Shown here: piece after piece, positions 23,181-36,106 of the stretch
Position numbering within the stretch: the stretch's first letter is position 1
Layout: each line of letters starts with the position of its first letter
Source of the DNA: Chlorokybus atmophyticus
Taxonomy: Eukaryota; Plantae; Mesostigma and Chlorokybus algae
Assembly: GCA_009103225.1 (NCBI GenBank)
Contig: RHPI01003728.1
Location: forward strand, 7,719 to 71,718
DNA length: 64,000 nucleotides
Direction: 5' to 3'
Program-made: the position numbers and the translations under genes
Notes under the pieces: generated by a model
What the model was told of the DNA's origin: nothing
Databases searched by the model: none
Seen by the model: only the letters and a program-made list of their open reading frames with translations

Positions 23181-23964
23181 ACAGCAATAGAAGAGAGTTA
23201 GGAATAACAGTGCACAAGCAAGCAGCAAAGCAAGCGCAAAGCACACGCAAAGGAGGCAAACACAGAGCACAACTTCAACAACAACAACAACCACAGCAAG
23301 AAGTCTAAACGTCATGAGCAGTCTCACAAAGGCATAACTGACGTATAAGAAGGCGTCAGACCAATCAGGTCTAGGCAGCGCAATGGAAGGCACATATAAA
23401 CACTGGGAAACAAAAGCCTGTGGTTGGTGGTCAGGATGAGCACGCTGTCAAGCTGTGTAGCTTGTGTACATGCTCCCGGGCCTCGCTATCTTTGGATATG
23501 GTGCAAGCACAACTGCAACAACAGCAAGGTTTCAAGCATGCAAAGCAATGGCAGCATTTTGAAGCATGCAACCTTGCAAGAAGCCAAGCATGCATGCAAA
23601 CCAACGGCAACCACACCTGGAGGAACGAAAGTAAGAAATTAGTAAAAAATGGTAGTAGAGGCGACAGCCTTGAAAAAACCAATTAACAAAGCGCAGGGGC
23701 AGGTGCATGCATGCACACAATGTCAAGTAAAAGCTAGCAACGACCAAATAATGGGTGGCCAACGCTGGCACCAATACAGGCTGAAAGCTTTGCAACCCCA
23801 GCACAGGTTCTCGCCCCCGCCATAGATGGACCAACTAATTTGGCGCCCAACAATTGCCATGAAGCTGACTGCTGCCAGCTCCAGCTCCAGCTCCAGCGCG
23901 CCGTGCCTCGCCCACGACCCCGCTGGCGCCATCTTTGCGAATATTTTGAAATTAGGGTTAGGGT

Positions 23965-24172
23965 TGTGTACCCCATATATATCTCGCCCGACCGCCGCGC
24001 CAACATGTACGATATACACCTCGCCCCCGAGCTCCACGGCAATATCACGGTCTCGCCCTCCGGGCTCGTGTGTACCCGAAGTATATCTCGCCCGACCGCC
24101 GCGCCAATATGTACGATATACACCTCACCCCCGAGTTCCACGGCAATATCACGGTCTCGCCCTCCGGGCTCG
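23965..24172. repeat. 104-bp tandem duplication with terminal hairpin
   Basis: Units 23965-24068 and 24069-24172 differ at 6 positions; preceded by TTAGGGTTAGGG (23952-23963). Confidence 0.92.
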
Positions 24173-24279
24173 ACCGTGAAATTAGCCGTGTCGCCCGGGG
24201 CTCGTCTAATCTCTAGGACGTACCGGTAGGCCTAACGAAGATGTGCTTCATGTAGCTCGTTGTTTTGGAGCCTACATGA

Positions 24280-24383
24280 TGGGCCGGCCGACCTTGTCTG
24301 ACAGACCCGAGCTGGGTGCTGCTTGTGCTTCTAGTGCGGCAGAGCTTGTGCGACTGCAGCCGCCGGCACTGGCACTAGGGTTT
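24280..24383 (+). promoter_or_regulatory. Site II motif (TGGGCC, 24280) and telo-box (CTAGGGTTT, 24375) upstream of the RPS24 start codon
   Basis: Exact motifs; this pairing is established for plant ribosomal-protein promoters. Confidence 0.5.
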
Positions 24384-24468
24384 GGCTCGACACCCCGTCG
24401 CGCCCTCTTTGCCGCCGCCGCCGCCGCCCGTGCCGCCGCCGGCGTCGTGCAGGCCGTGGGGCGCAGCC

Positions 24469-25819
24469 ATGGCGGACACTAAGACGTGCACAATCCGGAC
24501 GCGGAAGTTCATGACCAACCGCCTGCTCCAGCGCCGTCAATTCGTGAGTGTTGCTGTCATTTTGGTCTGTCATTTGTCAACTTAGTGGTGGTGATGGTGT
24601 GGCAGTGGTAGTCGTCGTCATTGGCTAGGTTATATAGCACGTCTACGCAATCGGGATGTTTTTAGTACTGGTAGCTGGCATTTGACACTGCATGCTGCTC
24701 CGGGAAGCTGGATGCGCGAGCCAGATATTGGACTGGAGTGGCGGGACGATCTCACACTGTGGGTTGCAGACTATGTTACATGTTAACTGTACTTAAGCTA
24801 GTGGTTACCATAAGAGGCCCTAATCACCGCGTCGGGCGATGTGATGAGCTGTAATTGTCGCCCCAGTCTGAGGGTTTCGGCCCGTTGCGGATTGACAATT
24901 TGCACGTCAGTCTGATCGCCTGAGCGCTGTCTTTGTTTCCTTTACTTCTGCCGCTGTTCTTCCATTTGTTTGTTAAGTCCACAACTAGCTGTTGTCATGC
25001 GCGATATGATGATGCCAATTGTCGCCCCAGTCTGAGGGATCAAACCCACTGCGGATTGACTATTGCACGTCAGTCTGATCGCTTCTGTCTGTAGCTGTGG
25101 TTGGGAGGTTTGAAAAGCTGCCACCAAACTAAGGACTTCACTCATGCAGGTTATTGACGTCCTGCACCCAGGCAGGCCGAATGTCTCCAAGGTATGGTGT
25201 ATTGACCTGCAGCGTTATGTTGTTGTATGCATTGTTGCTTTGGTATGGCAACAGAGTTTGACATAGCTCGCAGTAGTGTAGTTGTTGAACCATCTCTTGT
25301 CAGGCCGAGCTGAAGGAGAAGTTGCAAAAGATCTACGAAGTTCGTGATCTGCAGCAAGTCTCTATCTTTGGCTTCCGCACGCAATTTGGTGGTGGCAAGT
25401 CCACTGGCTTTGGTCTCATTTATGACTCTGTTGAGTCATGCAAGAAGTTCGAGCCCAAGTACCGACTTGTCAGGGTATGGTTTAGTGACTGTGTTGCTGT
25501 TGCTTTCCAGTCACTGGAGTTATCTAAGGCGCTGGTTAATGCATTATGTGTTCACCACTTGTGCACGTGCTTTGCTACAGAATGGCCTGGCTACGCGAGT
25601 AGAGAAGTCACGTAAGCAGATCAAGGAAAGGAAGAACCGCGCCAGGAAGATCCGTGGTGTTAAGAAGGTACGTGCGCTGCTGTCGATTATTGCATGCGCA
25701 ACTTGGCAAGCTTCACTTGGTGGTGTAAGACCTGGCATGCTTGTTTGTTTGTGCAAGAGGCTGATGATTATGTGTTGTGCGCCCAGAACAAGGCAGCTGA
25801 CGCAGGCAAGAAGAAGTAG
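24469..25819 (+). CDS. RPS24: 40S ribosomal protein S24 (eS24), 5 exons, 132 aa
   Basis: Exons 24469-24543, 25150-25191, 25304-25474, 25581-25667, 25787-25819 give [39 protein letters not shown]...[15 protein letters not shown]...[15 protein letters not shown]. Confidence 0.98.
24835..24920 (+). ncRNA. Intronic box C/D snoRNA, copy 1
   Basis: Terminal stem GGCGAT/ATCGCC; box C GTGATGA (24841); D' CTGA (24868); C' CGGATTGA; D CTGA (24912); guides TTGTCGCCCCAG and TTGCACGTCAG. Confidence 0.88.
25001..25082 (+). ncRNA. Intronic box C/D snoRNA, copy 2 (paralog of copy 1)
   Basis: Stem GCGAT/ATCGC; box C ATGATGA (25006); D' (25032); D (25075); the same two guide sequences are conserved while the spacers diverge. 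Confidence 0.88.
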
Positions 25820-26721
25820 TATGGTCTATGTGATAGCTGCCGCCGATGCAACTTAGTTAAAACGCAGTTGCAACTTCTTCTGCGCAATTTGTGTCACATT
25901 ATGATGCGGTACATGTTGAGGTGCTGCTGCCTGCACAGTTTGAGCAGTAAGCACATGCTTTTCGCTTGTATGCATTGTTGAATGTGGTCACAGGCCACAC
26001 AAGGGCAACTGCTGCCGCTGTGTGTTGGCCTCAGCTTTTCATGTGGTTTTCACCAGTAAGCCTAATTTGTTTCATTGTTGACTACGATCGACGTTGTGTG
26101 AGGACTGAGGACTGAGGATCTAACAGGAATTTGTGAGAGTGTGCTTGTTGGTGTGTAAGTGTGTTCGGAGCTTGTGGCGAAGTGAAACGCGCCGATAATC
26201 GCGACATGTAGTGCCGAGAGTTTTGCTATGATTGGTGCGTGTTGCTAGTTGATGAAGCTTGTTCTCAGAAGTGGCATCAACAAGTAGATGTCTGTGCGGC
26301 AAGAGGTAGCTTTTCGGTGCACTTTTGTCTATGTGCTCCAGCGAACAGGGGTAAGTGTGCTGCGGCAGTGTGCATGCAGTTGACGTGCTTGCTGTATAAG
26401 TAGAAGTACCGCCTATCAATCACTTATTTTGTGTCACTTGCCACAAAGGTATGCAAATGCAACCAAAATAAGGACTATGGAACCTTGCATATGCCACGTA
26501 CATCTGTATGTATTGTGGTAATTTCTTCTCTGTGGATTGGTTCAGCGTATGATTCTCAACCCTAGTATCTTGTCAAATATGCATTCCCTTCGACCTTATA
26601 ACTCACGTACTCCTTGAGCGAATAACGTATATAGTGTATTCCTGCTTGGTCCTTGTTTAGCGTGGCTTGACAACATAACTTTTATGCAGCCCCCCCCCCC
26701 CCCCCCCCCCCCCCCCGGGCA

Positions 26722-26903
26722 NNNNNNNNNNNNNNNNNNNNNNNNNNNNNNNNNNNNNNNNNNNNNNNNNNNNNNNNNNNNNNNNNNNNNNNNNNNNNNN
26801 NNNNNNNNNNNNNNNNNNNNNNNNNNNNNNNNNNNNNNNNNNNNNNNNNNNNNNNNNNNNNNNNNNNNNNNNNNNNNNNNNNNNNNNNNNNNNNNNNNNN
26901 NNN
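26722..26903. other. Assembly gap flanked by poly-C tracts
   Basis: N run between C homopolymers. Confidence 1.
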
Positions 26904-28540
26904 CCCCCCCCCCCCCCCCCCCCCCCATGCTTTGTGTCGGCATACATGATGGATCACCCCGTACATGACTAAAAGGGGGGCGTACAGGTAGGTGGTAGAG
27001 TGGTAGATAGCCTGGTGGTCGTGTAAGTAGCAAAGAGTGAGTGTGTTGTGCAGAGTATTGCACTTGGTGTGGTCTAGATGGGCATACCCCTCTGGCATTC
27101 TCTGTACATACAGCGCCAGCGTGGGCAGATACTAACCTGCATGCTTGTATACGGTATGAGAGTGTATTTCTGACGGGGCGGGCTAGCATAGCGCAGCAAG
27201 CAGCCATAGCACTAGCCCGGTGGTGACTGTTAAGTGATGAGTTGTAATGGATGTGATGTGATGCATTATGCATCACAATAATCCTTGATAATGTGAATGA
27301 CATGTATCATGCATGTCATTCACATTCTCCGCCCATGCATGTTGGCATAGTACCATGACCCTTATATGTATACTGCATGTTATCCTCAGGTTGGTTGGTT
27401 GGTTTTGCTGCCTACTGCCTGCATGAGATCCATTGCATTGCCAAACACATAGCAGCACTTAGGGTAGCCAGTGGGTGGCCTCGGGTGCAATAGCATTTGG
27501 CCCTGCATATTGTGCCTGCTTTGCTTGTGTTGCTAAGCATCAATAAATGGGCGCGGATGTTTGTGCATGACATACCATAATCTATATCATATACATTGAC
27601 AAAGATGTGACATATTATAGATCATATCATGTTGATCCAAACAAGACAGTGAATACACACATGGTGAACTTGGCGACCTGCATGTTGGGTGTTATCTCAT
27701 GATACCAACTATCATGACAGCAACAATGGCGACCAAACCAATACAAAGCTGTGTTATGTACACATAATGAGCATCATGTGTGCATACATTCATCTAGTAG
27801 GCTGTGCCACACATGCGCAACCATGCTGATGCATTTGCGCACCCAAAACAAGCCAGCCAACAAGCTACACATACTTGCATGCCGCATCATTGCATCGCAC
27901 TCTTCATACAACCTGCATATGCATAGCACACTCACGCCAACACTGCCTGCGTCAACCGCGCAACATGTTGCTGTAGGCATACTGCATGTAACTATTACAC
28001 TACACAAACTCAACCGACAGAAGCAGGCATTAGCTGCCAAAGCGAACCCTACACTGCTACAATGGCGTGCAACTCTTCCACGCAATCTGTCACTAGGTAA
28101 CGCAACACCAAGCCAGTCTTTACTGGCAGCAAATAAAAGGTTGCAACCCGCTTTTGGTATTGTACAATAGCGCCCTACCAGGTCCGATGTCTGGTTTATG
28201 TCTTGTCTGCCTAACCCTCCGGACTGTACGCAGGTGATGGTGGCTTATAAGACGGGTCTTGAGGTGACAGGTCGGGCCTGCAAAAGCATCAGCGCCAGCA
28301 GTGCATACAGAGGCAGTCTGATTGGAGTGCAGTCACGATCTGACCAAAGCTTACTTGCGCTCAGGTGAGTACATGGGGCTTGTTGGCTCTGGATGATACG
28401 CAGGACTTGATGGGCTATACATTGGGGATGTGGGTGCCTCCCTGGACAATGTTGTGTCTCAGCCATGACAAAACTCAGTCTATACGTCACAAATGACGCA
28501 TCACCGGCAAGTTTCTCGTTACCAAGCAACAGTGCAACAC

Positions 28541-31500
28541 TTACTGCTTGGCGGTGAAGGGGTGGGTTGGGGAGTAAGTGGTTCTGTTGGACGGGGAGTA
28601 AGGAGGGGAGTCTGGCCTGTAATTAGGCGAGCTTGGCTCATGAGCTGGAGACGAAGGGCTGTACGCCGGAGATGTTGGGCTGTAGTTTGGCGAGGTGGGG
28701 CTGTATGCTGGTGACGTAGGGCTATAGCTCGGTGATGTTGGGCTGTAGGCAGGCGAGGTGGGGCTGTAACTGGGGGATGTGGGGCTATAAGAAGGGGAGG
28801 TCGGGTCATAGCTTGGCGAAGTGGGGCTGTACGATGGTGAGGTTGGGCTGTAGCTGGGTGAGGTAGGACTGTAACTAGGAGAGGTCGGACTATAAGTAGG
28901 TGAAGTGGGGCTGTATGTTGGAGAGGTCGGCTGATAAGAGGGAGATGTGGGAGAGTAGGCGGGTGATGTAGGGCTGTATGCAGGAGATGTAGGGCTGTAC
29001 TTGGGTGACGTCGGGCTGTATGCTGGTGACGTCGGTGAGTAGCTGGGAGATGTGGGGCTGTACTTAGGTGACGTTGGGCTGTAGGATGGAGACGTGGGGC
29101 TGTACTTGGGTGATGTAGGGCTGTAGGCTGGGGATGTTGGGCTGTAGCTCGGCGACGTGGGGCTGTAGCTCGGCGACGTGGGGCTGTAGCTGGGTGATGT
29201 GGGGCTGTATCCTGGGGATGTGGGGCTGTAACCCGGGGATGTTGGGCTGTAGCCAGGTGATGCGCTTGGCGAGAAGGTGGCATTCCCATATGGTGAAAAG
29301 GTGGCGTCACTTGAAAATGGCGACTGGTGTGGGCTCAGCAAGTAGCCAGGTGACATTGCTGCATCACCCCAGTGTGGCGTCATGGATGGCGACCGTGATG
29401 GTGTTCTGCCGTCATACTCCATGCCCTCCATGTAGGTCGGGAGCTGCAGCTCAATTGCATGCTGCAGCATGTCCTCATTGAGAGTCAAGGCAAACTCCCC
29501 TGTACCAAGCGGTGCCAGCTGTCCCAGCATGATGTTCTCAGTCACGCCCTTCAGAGGGTCGCACTCCGCAAACACTGCTGCCTCCAGCAAGATGTCGACT
29601 GTCTCCTCAAAGGAGCATCGCATAAGCGGGCCGGTCTCCACACGGTTGATGCCATGGCGTGTGATAGACATGAGATGACCGCGGTATGTCATAACATCAC
29701 ACAGAATGGCCAGATGTCTGTAATTGACATAGGAGCCATCAAAGGAGATCACATCTCGAAGCTCCTTCAGCAGTGCAGCTCGCACAGCTTCAATGCCCAG
29801 CACCTCAATGACCTCAATCAAGTAGTTGCTGGATGTGCGCGTCTGGTCCACATGCTCATGACTCATAACAGCTTGCAGATTGACACCCTCGGTATCCAGC
29901 ATCCACTCCTTGTCGTATGCAAAAGCTTCATTGTTGTCAAACACAATGGTCTTGCCATCACGAATGAACACTTTTCTGATGTCTGGAATGCCTCGTAGTG
30001 CCATCTCTGTCATCATGCTGCTTGCAATCTTCTTCAGGAAGACATCTTCCTCACTGTCCAAGGAACTCTCACCCTTGCCCATCTCGTCATTCATGATGCG
30101 AATGCGCAGGATGAGTTTCTCAGCGTTATCGTCAGTGAAGATGCAAGTCAGGTCGCCCTCAAACTCAGCGTTGATCTTCTCAGCAATATCCGCCATGCTC
30201 AACTTCTTGTCAATCATCATCTCGCGATTGAGCTCGAGACGCAGCAGCCAAGGGGATACCCTGTCCAGGTTGACGTCCTCGTCTGGCATCTCATAGTACG
30301 ACCGCACAAAATCTGCGTCCTCCTTGATCACAGTGTTGACAGGATCTGGATCATAGTAGATCTCAACTGCGTGCGTCACACTGCGAAGCGTGGTGTACTC
30401 AAGTGCACACTGAACATTCTTGGCCTTCTCCCTGTCACGAGCATATTCAGGCTGTAGGTACACAGAAAGAGACGGGGTCTTTGTCTTCTTTGCTATGTTG
30501 ATGATCTCACGCAGACGTGGCACTCCCAGTGTCACGTTCTTGGCACTAACACCGGCGTAGTGGAAAGTGTTGAGTGTCATCTGCGTTGCTGGCTCACCAA
30601 TAGACTGAGCCGCAATTGTTCCGATCATCTCCCCAGGTGGTGCAAGTGATTGGGCAAACCTGGCCTCAATCTCTCCAAGGAGCCAACTGAATGCTGCTGT
30701 GTTCAGTCGAAACTCTTTGGTCACACGCTTGCTTGCCAATGTACTGCGCAGCAAGATGTTGAACAGCAGTGTCGCGTTGCGCTGCGCTTCAATGCTGAGT
30801 TTGTCTTTGCCAACCACCACCATGAGCCGATCAGACAACTTCTTGACATCTTGTATGATTTTCTGTGGGTGCAAGTCTGTAGGCTTTCGAGTGTCCACAT
30901 GAAACACCTTCTGAGCGTTCCATATCATTCTGTGAAGGTTGACAGGCATAGGCCAGGAGGCCTCGCCTGAAGGGAAGATGGATGTTCGCAGCAGCTGCCT
31001 GTCTGCCTGTAACCTCTTCAGTTCCTCATCAAGAGAAGCCTGCACCTCAGGATTGCTAACCAAGTCGTCAATGACTTCCGGCTCAAGATATGTGTCGGCG
31101 AATCCCGTGCGCTCCACCTCAAATCGATATATGTTGTCAAACTGTTTGCGGTTGGGTCTGAGGGACTCCAGCTTCTGGGACTCGATGTAGACAGCATCCA
31201 TACCATCTTCACCATAAAGGAACTGGATGACATCGCCCAAGGAGTTGCGTATGGTTCCGTCATACTTCACCATGACATCCTCCATGGCTTTCACCAAGCG
31301 TCTTTGAATGTAACCGGTCTCAGATGTTTTCACGGCTGTGTCAATCAAACCCTCACGACCTCCCATGGCGTGAAAGAAAAACTCTTGTGGTGTCAAACCT
31401 CGCAAGTATGAGTTCTCAACAAAACCACGACTCTCAGGACCATAATCGTCTTTGGTGAAATGCGGCAAGGTGCGATCAATGAACCCAAATGGGATGCGCT

Positions 31501-34500
31501 TGCCCTCCACGTTCTGCTGCCCCACACAGGCAATCATCTGAGAGATGTTGATGAACGAACCCTTGGACCCTGCAGTCACCATAGCCTTCACGTTGTTGGT
31601 CTCTGCCAAACTACTCTGTGCGCTGTTACCGGCCTCGTCACGTGCCCTGTTGAGCACCTGCATATTTGCATAGTGCGCGTTAGCCGCTAGTTTGGCACTT
31701 AAAGCGCCAACAGCCAAGCAAATAGCGAGCCAAGACAGAATCTGCTTACCTGATTCACACGGTTCTCAAAAGACTCTTGCACAGTGCGACCAGGCTGTGC
31801 ATCAAGCTGCTTTTCTTGGGCCAATTTGATCAGCTCCTTGACCTCATTCTTGGCATTAGCGATGGTCTCATTGATTTTAATCATGGTTGCCTCATCCGCA
31901 ATGGTATCACCAATGCCGATGCTGAAACCTTGTTGCAGCAGCCAGTAGTTGACCACCCACTGTGTTTGACCGAGAAACAGCCTTGCCGCATCAGGTCCAT
32001 GCTCCTCCCTGCCACATGATAGACGAATTACAACGCAAGGCACGCAATTTAGTGTTGTTGAAATGCAGTGACCTGCTGGTCGACTGATACTCACCAGATG
32101 ACATGGATAAGACTGCCGCCTCCTGTGCCTAGTGTCTTTTTGCACAGGATACCGGTGAGTAACTCGCCCTGTTCAATCAACACCTTCGTGTCGCCAGGAG
32201 AAATGTCAGTGTTTTCTCCATCAGGGTGCCAGGCGGCAAAACGAACAAGGTTAACATTTGGTATGATCAAGTTGAAGAGCTGCTTTCCGGTCCAGAGAGG
32301 CCTGGGCTTAATGATGGCAGGTGTAGGGATGCGTCCATCCCAGTTGCCCAGCCACATCAGTGTGTTCATCAACACATCCTGCACCCATCCCACATGGTTG
32401 GGATCTGCAAAGACATCCTGAAACCAAAGCACAACGTGGATGCACTGCTTTATGACACAAATCTCACCTTCTCTATGAACGTGTCTCGTTTAGTGACTTT
32501 GCGGCAGCCCAAGAGGGTGTCCTGGACAATGCCCATCACAGGCCTGTTGGACTGTGGTGAAACAATGTTCTTGGGTACAAGCATCAGCTCCTTAATCTCA
32601 GCACGTGTCTCAAATGACTGAGGGACGTGCATGTTCATTTCATCCCCATCAAAGTCCGCATTGTATGGTGAGGTCACGGAAAGATTCAGACGAAACGTAG
32701 AATACGGCATAATCTTTATTCGGTGTCCCATGATGGACATTTTGTGCAAGGAGGGCTGCCGGTTGAATAAGACAAAATCATCATCCATCAGGTGCCTCTC
32801 CACTTTGTAGCCAAACTCCAAATGGCGATCACTGGACTTCTTCAAGTAGCGCAAATCAAGCCGCTGGCCGTCATCCCTGATAATGTACCTCGCCCCAGTT
32901 TCGCCAGGAGGAGGATGCGGTCCATTCTCCACCAACTTTTGCAACCTGGCAACAGTTGGCAATGTGAGCTCCCGCTTGAGATGCAAGCAGGCTGCTGCTG
33001 ACAGAGAGGCTACTGCACAGGTTGCACGGTTTTGCAGACAGGCAAATTGACACACACTCACTTATCATAGTTGTATGGAGTGACTGTCTCTGGGTAAGTG
33101 AGATTCAAAGCGATACTCCAGGGCACACCCAGCTGCTCAGGGCTCAGATTTGGATCTGGCGTGATGACAGTACGCGCAGAGAAGTCCACGCGCTTCCCCA
33201 TGAGGTTGCCGCGAATGCGTCCTTCTTTTGCCTTCAGCCGCTGGCAGATGGACTTGATTGGACGACCTCCTCGTTGCAAAGCCTGATGTTGTAGATACAC
33301 CGTTTACATACACATGTCACACATTCATGCACATTAGCTTGAACGTACCCTTGGTTGCCCTGGAAGCTCATTGTCAAAGTACGTTGCAATGTGAAACTGC
33401 AGCACATGTGAGAACTCATTGATGATATGGGCTGGAGCACCGTTCTGCTCTTGGCGTTTGAGTTGTGCATTCGCGCGCACAATTTCGGCCAGTTTGTGCG
33501 TCAAGTCATCCTGTTGTTTGACATAAAGGATTGATGCCATACACTAGGACAAACAACAGCCGATCGCCTCTGAAGCCGCAAGTGTGTACAAATGAAAACA
33601 CTGTACCTCACTGTGGGCAGAACTGCCCATCATCACGGATGGGCGCACAGGTGGCGGAGGCACAGGCAACGCGGATATAATCATCCAATCGGGTCGTGCA
33701 TTCTCGGGGTCCAAACCCATCATCTTGCATTCCTCATCACTGATGCGCTTCAAGATGTTCAGCACCTGCACTTGATATTGACTGAAATGCTCATGCAACC
33801 TCGCACATAAACCCTGCCGACTATATGCAAAGTGACTCACTCGCTCAGCTGTCAGCACTTGCTTTCTCTCCACAGGTTCTGGCAGATATGGGTCATCTTC
33901 ACGCTTTTTGGCCTGCTTAAACTCGGCAAGAATCTTCATCCCATCTATTGAAATCTTCGGCTGCATGGCTCCGCAACCACCATGTGCCTTCAACTCGTTG
34001 CCATGCTCATCTGTTGTTCCCGGCAAAATTTCATCACCGCCCTCACAAAGACTTTTGGTCTTGCATATATCAGTGACTTTTCGCAGGCGAGTAGCGCGAT
34101 TGCGAATCTTCAGTGCAACCCTAAATCTGGAATCATTCTACAAGGACGCACAGGTCAAAATGAACTGGTGTGAGAATGGACTGAGCACTGACCAACAAGC
34201 TGGTACTGCTAGCAGGCATAACATCTGCACCATAGCCTTGCATCTCAATTTAAATGCCGCACCTGATCAGCAAGGAGTTTGGAGCAGTTGAAGCATACGC
34301 AACGTAAAACACGGAGGACAGTCTTGATGAAGCCAACATGAAACATAGGTTTCGCCAGCTCTATCACTCCAAAATGTCCAGGACAATCAACTTTGCCACT
34401 GTTGCAAGTCTGGCACTTCAAGCTTCTGTCCAGAGTGCCCATTCGAGGGTCATTGAGGCCACCCATCTTGGGGACACCTCGATCATACAAATCGCTGCTT

Positions 34501-35193
34501 TCGATCTTTGCAACAGCCATTTGCCGCTGCAAACACACATATATAAGCGTTAACCCTTGCTTAGAGGAAACCCAGTGCAGTGCAACTTATGGTCAATACC
34601 CTACACAACTCATCTTCCTGCACCTGACCCTAGCTCTGACCTTGACCATGTAGTGTGCTGCGCAAACTACCACCTGACTGGACTTGCGTCCGCACAACAA
34701 CTGATCACGCAAGACTCCAGCAATTTCGCTGCCAAAGCACAGAAGTACCAACACTGCAAGCGGACAAAACCCTGAAGCGCAGTCAAACAACGACAACCCC
34801 AGCTCTGACACCGTTTGCTGTCCGACAGAAAAGGCGACACTGATACACTCAGACACTCAAGAAATCAGGGAGGCTAAACTCGAATCCACCCTAATCACGA
34901 CAGCATAGCAACCCAGATCACACGACAACCGGCACAATACGAAACAAAAAGAGCAAGTCAACTTGTCATGCAGAACATGGAGGACAACTCTTAGCTAAGG
35001 CAGCGCTTGTAGCCGTGCTGTTGCAACTTGACAGTCATGAGTGTCACGGTACACCCAGTTGCATCCTTTGCATGCAAGCGGACTCACAGGTATTCTCAAA
35101 GTTGACACTTACGATTTCATCTGGGCTGAGGACACCAAACTGCACCCGCTGAACCCTCTTCAAGTCTGCTGGAGAGTAGGGAAACGACGCCAT
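28541..35193 (-). CDS. RPB1: RNA polymerase II largest subunit with heptad CTD
   Basis: Starts [27 protein letters not shown]; CQTC...CPGHFG zinc site; [13 protein letters not shown]; [11 protein letters not shown] active site; [13 protein letters not shown]; about 29 YSPTSPx heptads; 3.1-kb terminal exon 28541-31657. Confidence 0.99.
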
Positions 35194-36106
35194 CGCTTCT
35201 AATCACCAACTACAGCTGAACTGCTACAATCAACAAGGTGAGCAGCGCATGCTCAGCAAGGCGCAAGCCTTATAGGTGTACAACTACGTTTGCAGTCCAG
35301 CGCGGCAGCACAGCGCCTGGCAGACTGCCGATCCGGGTTCACCATATGCAGCTACACCAACACCTTCCCCATCAGCTTGTGGTCAGAACAGTATCGTCGA
35401 ACGCCCCCTCGCCGCCGCTGCCGCTGCCGCCGCCGCCGCCCGCACGGCCCTACCGGCCAACAACATTATGGAACTTTGCGAGCACTTTAGGGTTGAAGTT
35501 GCTGTCGTCGTAACTCAAAACCGTAAACCGGTTACGTTACTCTGCTTCTGCATCCGATATCCAGACAGATCTAGATATCCAGAAATCCGCGCCTGTTGGA
35601 TATCATTGTGCACCCGCGGCGCCTGGCGGAGTTATGCAGTCGCCATGCGTAGGATCAACCCGATGATGCCTGATAGCCGTCGGATAGGTTGCCATAGGGC
35701 TTTCCCGCGCTTATTGTGCTGCAGGGCGAGTGTGGATGCTGGCGGCATCCACGGTGTTGTCGCCGGTGGCAGGCGTGTCCTTGGCAAGGGTGTCGCTGCA
35801 CAGGACGACTGACTTGTTATACATATACAGCGCTCTGGCTCTAAGCTTTTGCAGCAGGTGCGCTGCAATCTCCTGGTCAGCCGAACAAGCCAAGGCGGCC
35901 TAGCCAAGGAGGGCTACCCCAGGCTCAACGCTGCTTGTCGGTATGCGGATGTCATGGATTGAGATTCGGAAGCAGACTTGAAAAATTGCAGCTTGACAAC
36001 GCCATTGCGTTTGCCTGGTTATTCTGTCTTGCACATGCTCCCGTGATCATACATTACATTCCAGTCGTTGTTGGATGCACATCCTCAAATGCTCGTATCT
36101 TCAGCA

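Larger units (their letters stand above)
18300..24228 (-). mobile_element. Crypton-like tyrosine-recombinase DNA transposon, decayed (low-coordinate boundary uncertain)
   Basis: Spliced YR pseudogene at about 20140-23180, with no RT nearby; duplicated terminal hairpin at 23965-24188. Confidence 0.65.

Noticed and set aside
23952-23963. Telomere or interstitial telomeric array
   Set aside because: Only two TTAGGG units; better read as a telo-box or part of the element end.
24600-24830. Third (H/ACA) snoRNA in RPS24 intron 1
   Set aside because: A partial stem exists but no correctly placed ANANNA box was found.
28519-29481. Long repetitive ORFs 28519-29310 (-) and 29134-29481 (+)
   Set aside because: Alternative-frame and antisense shadows of the RPB1 CTD heptads.
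34527-35112. snoRNA in the long first intron of RPB1
   Set aside because: No convincing C/D box pair with an rRNA complement of 10 nt or more.
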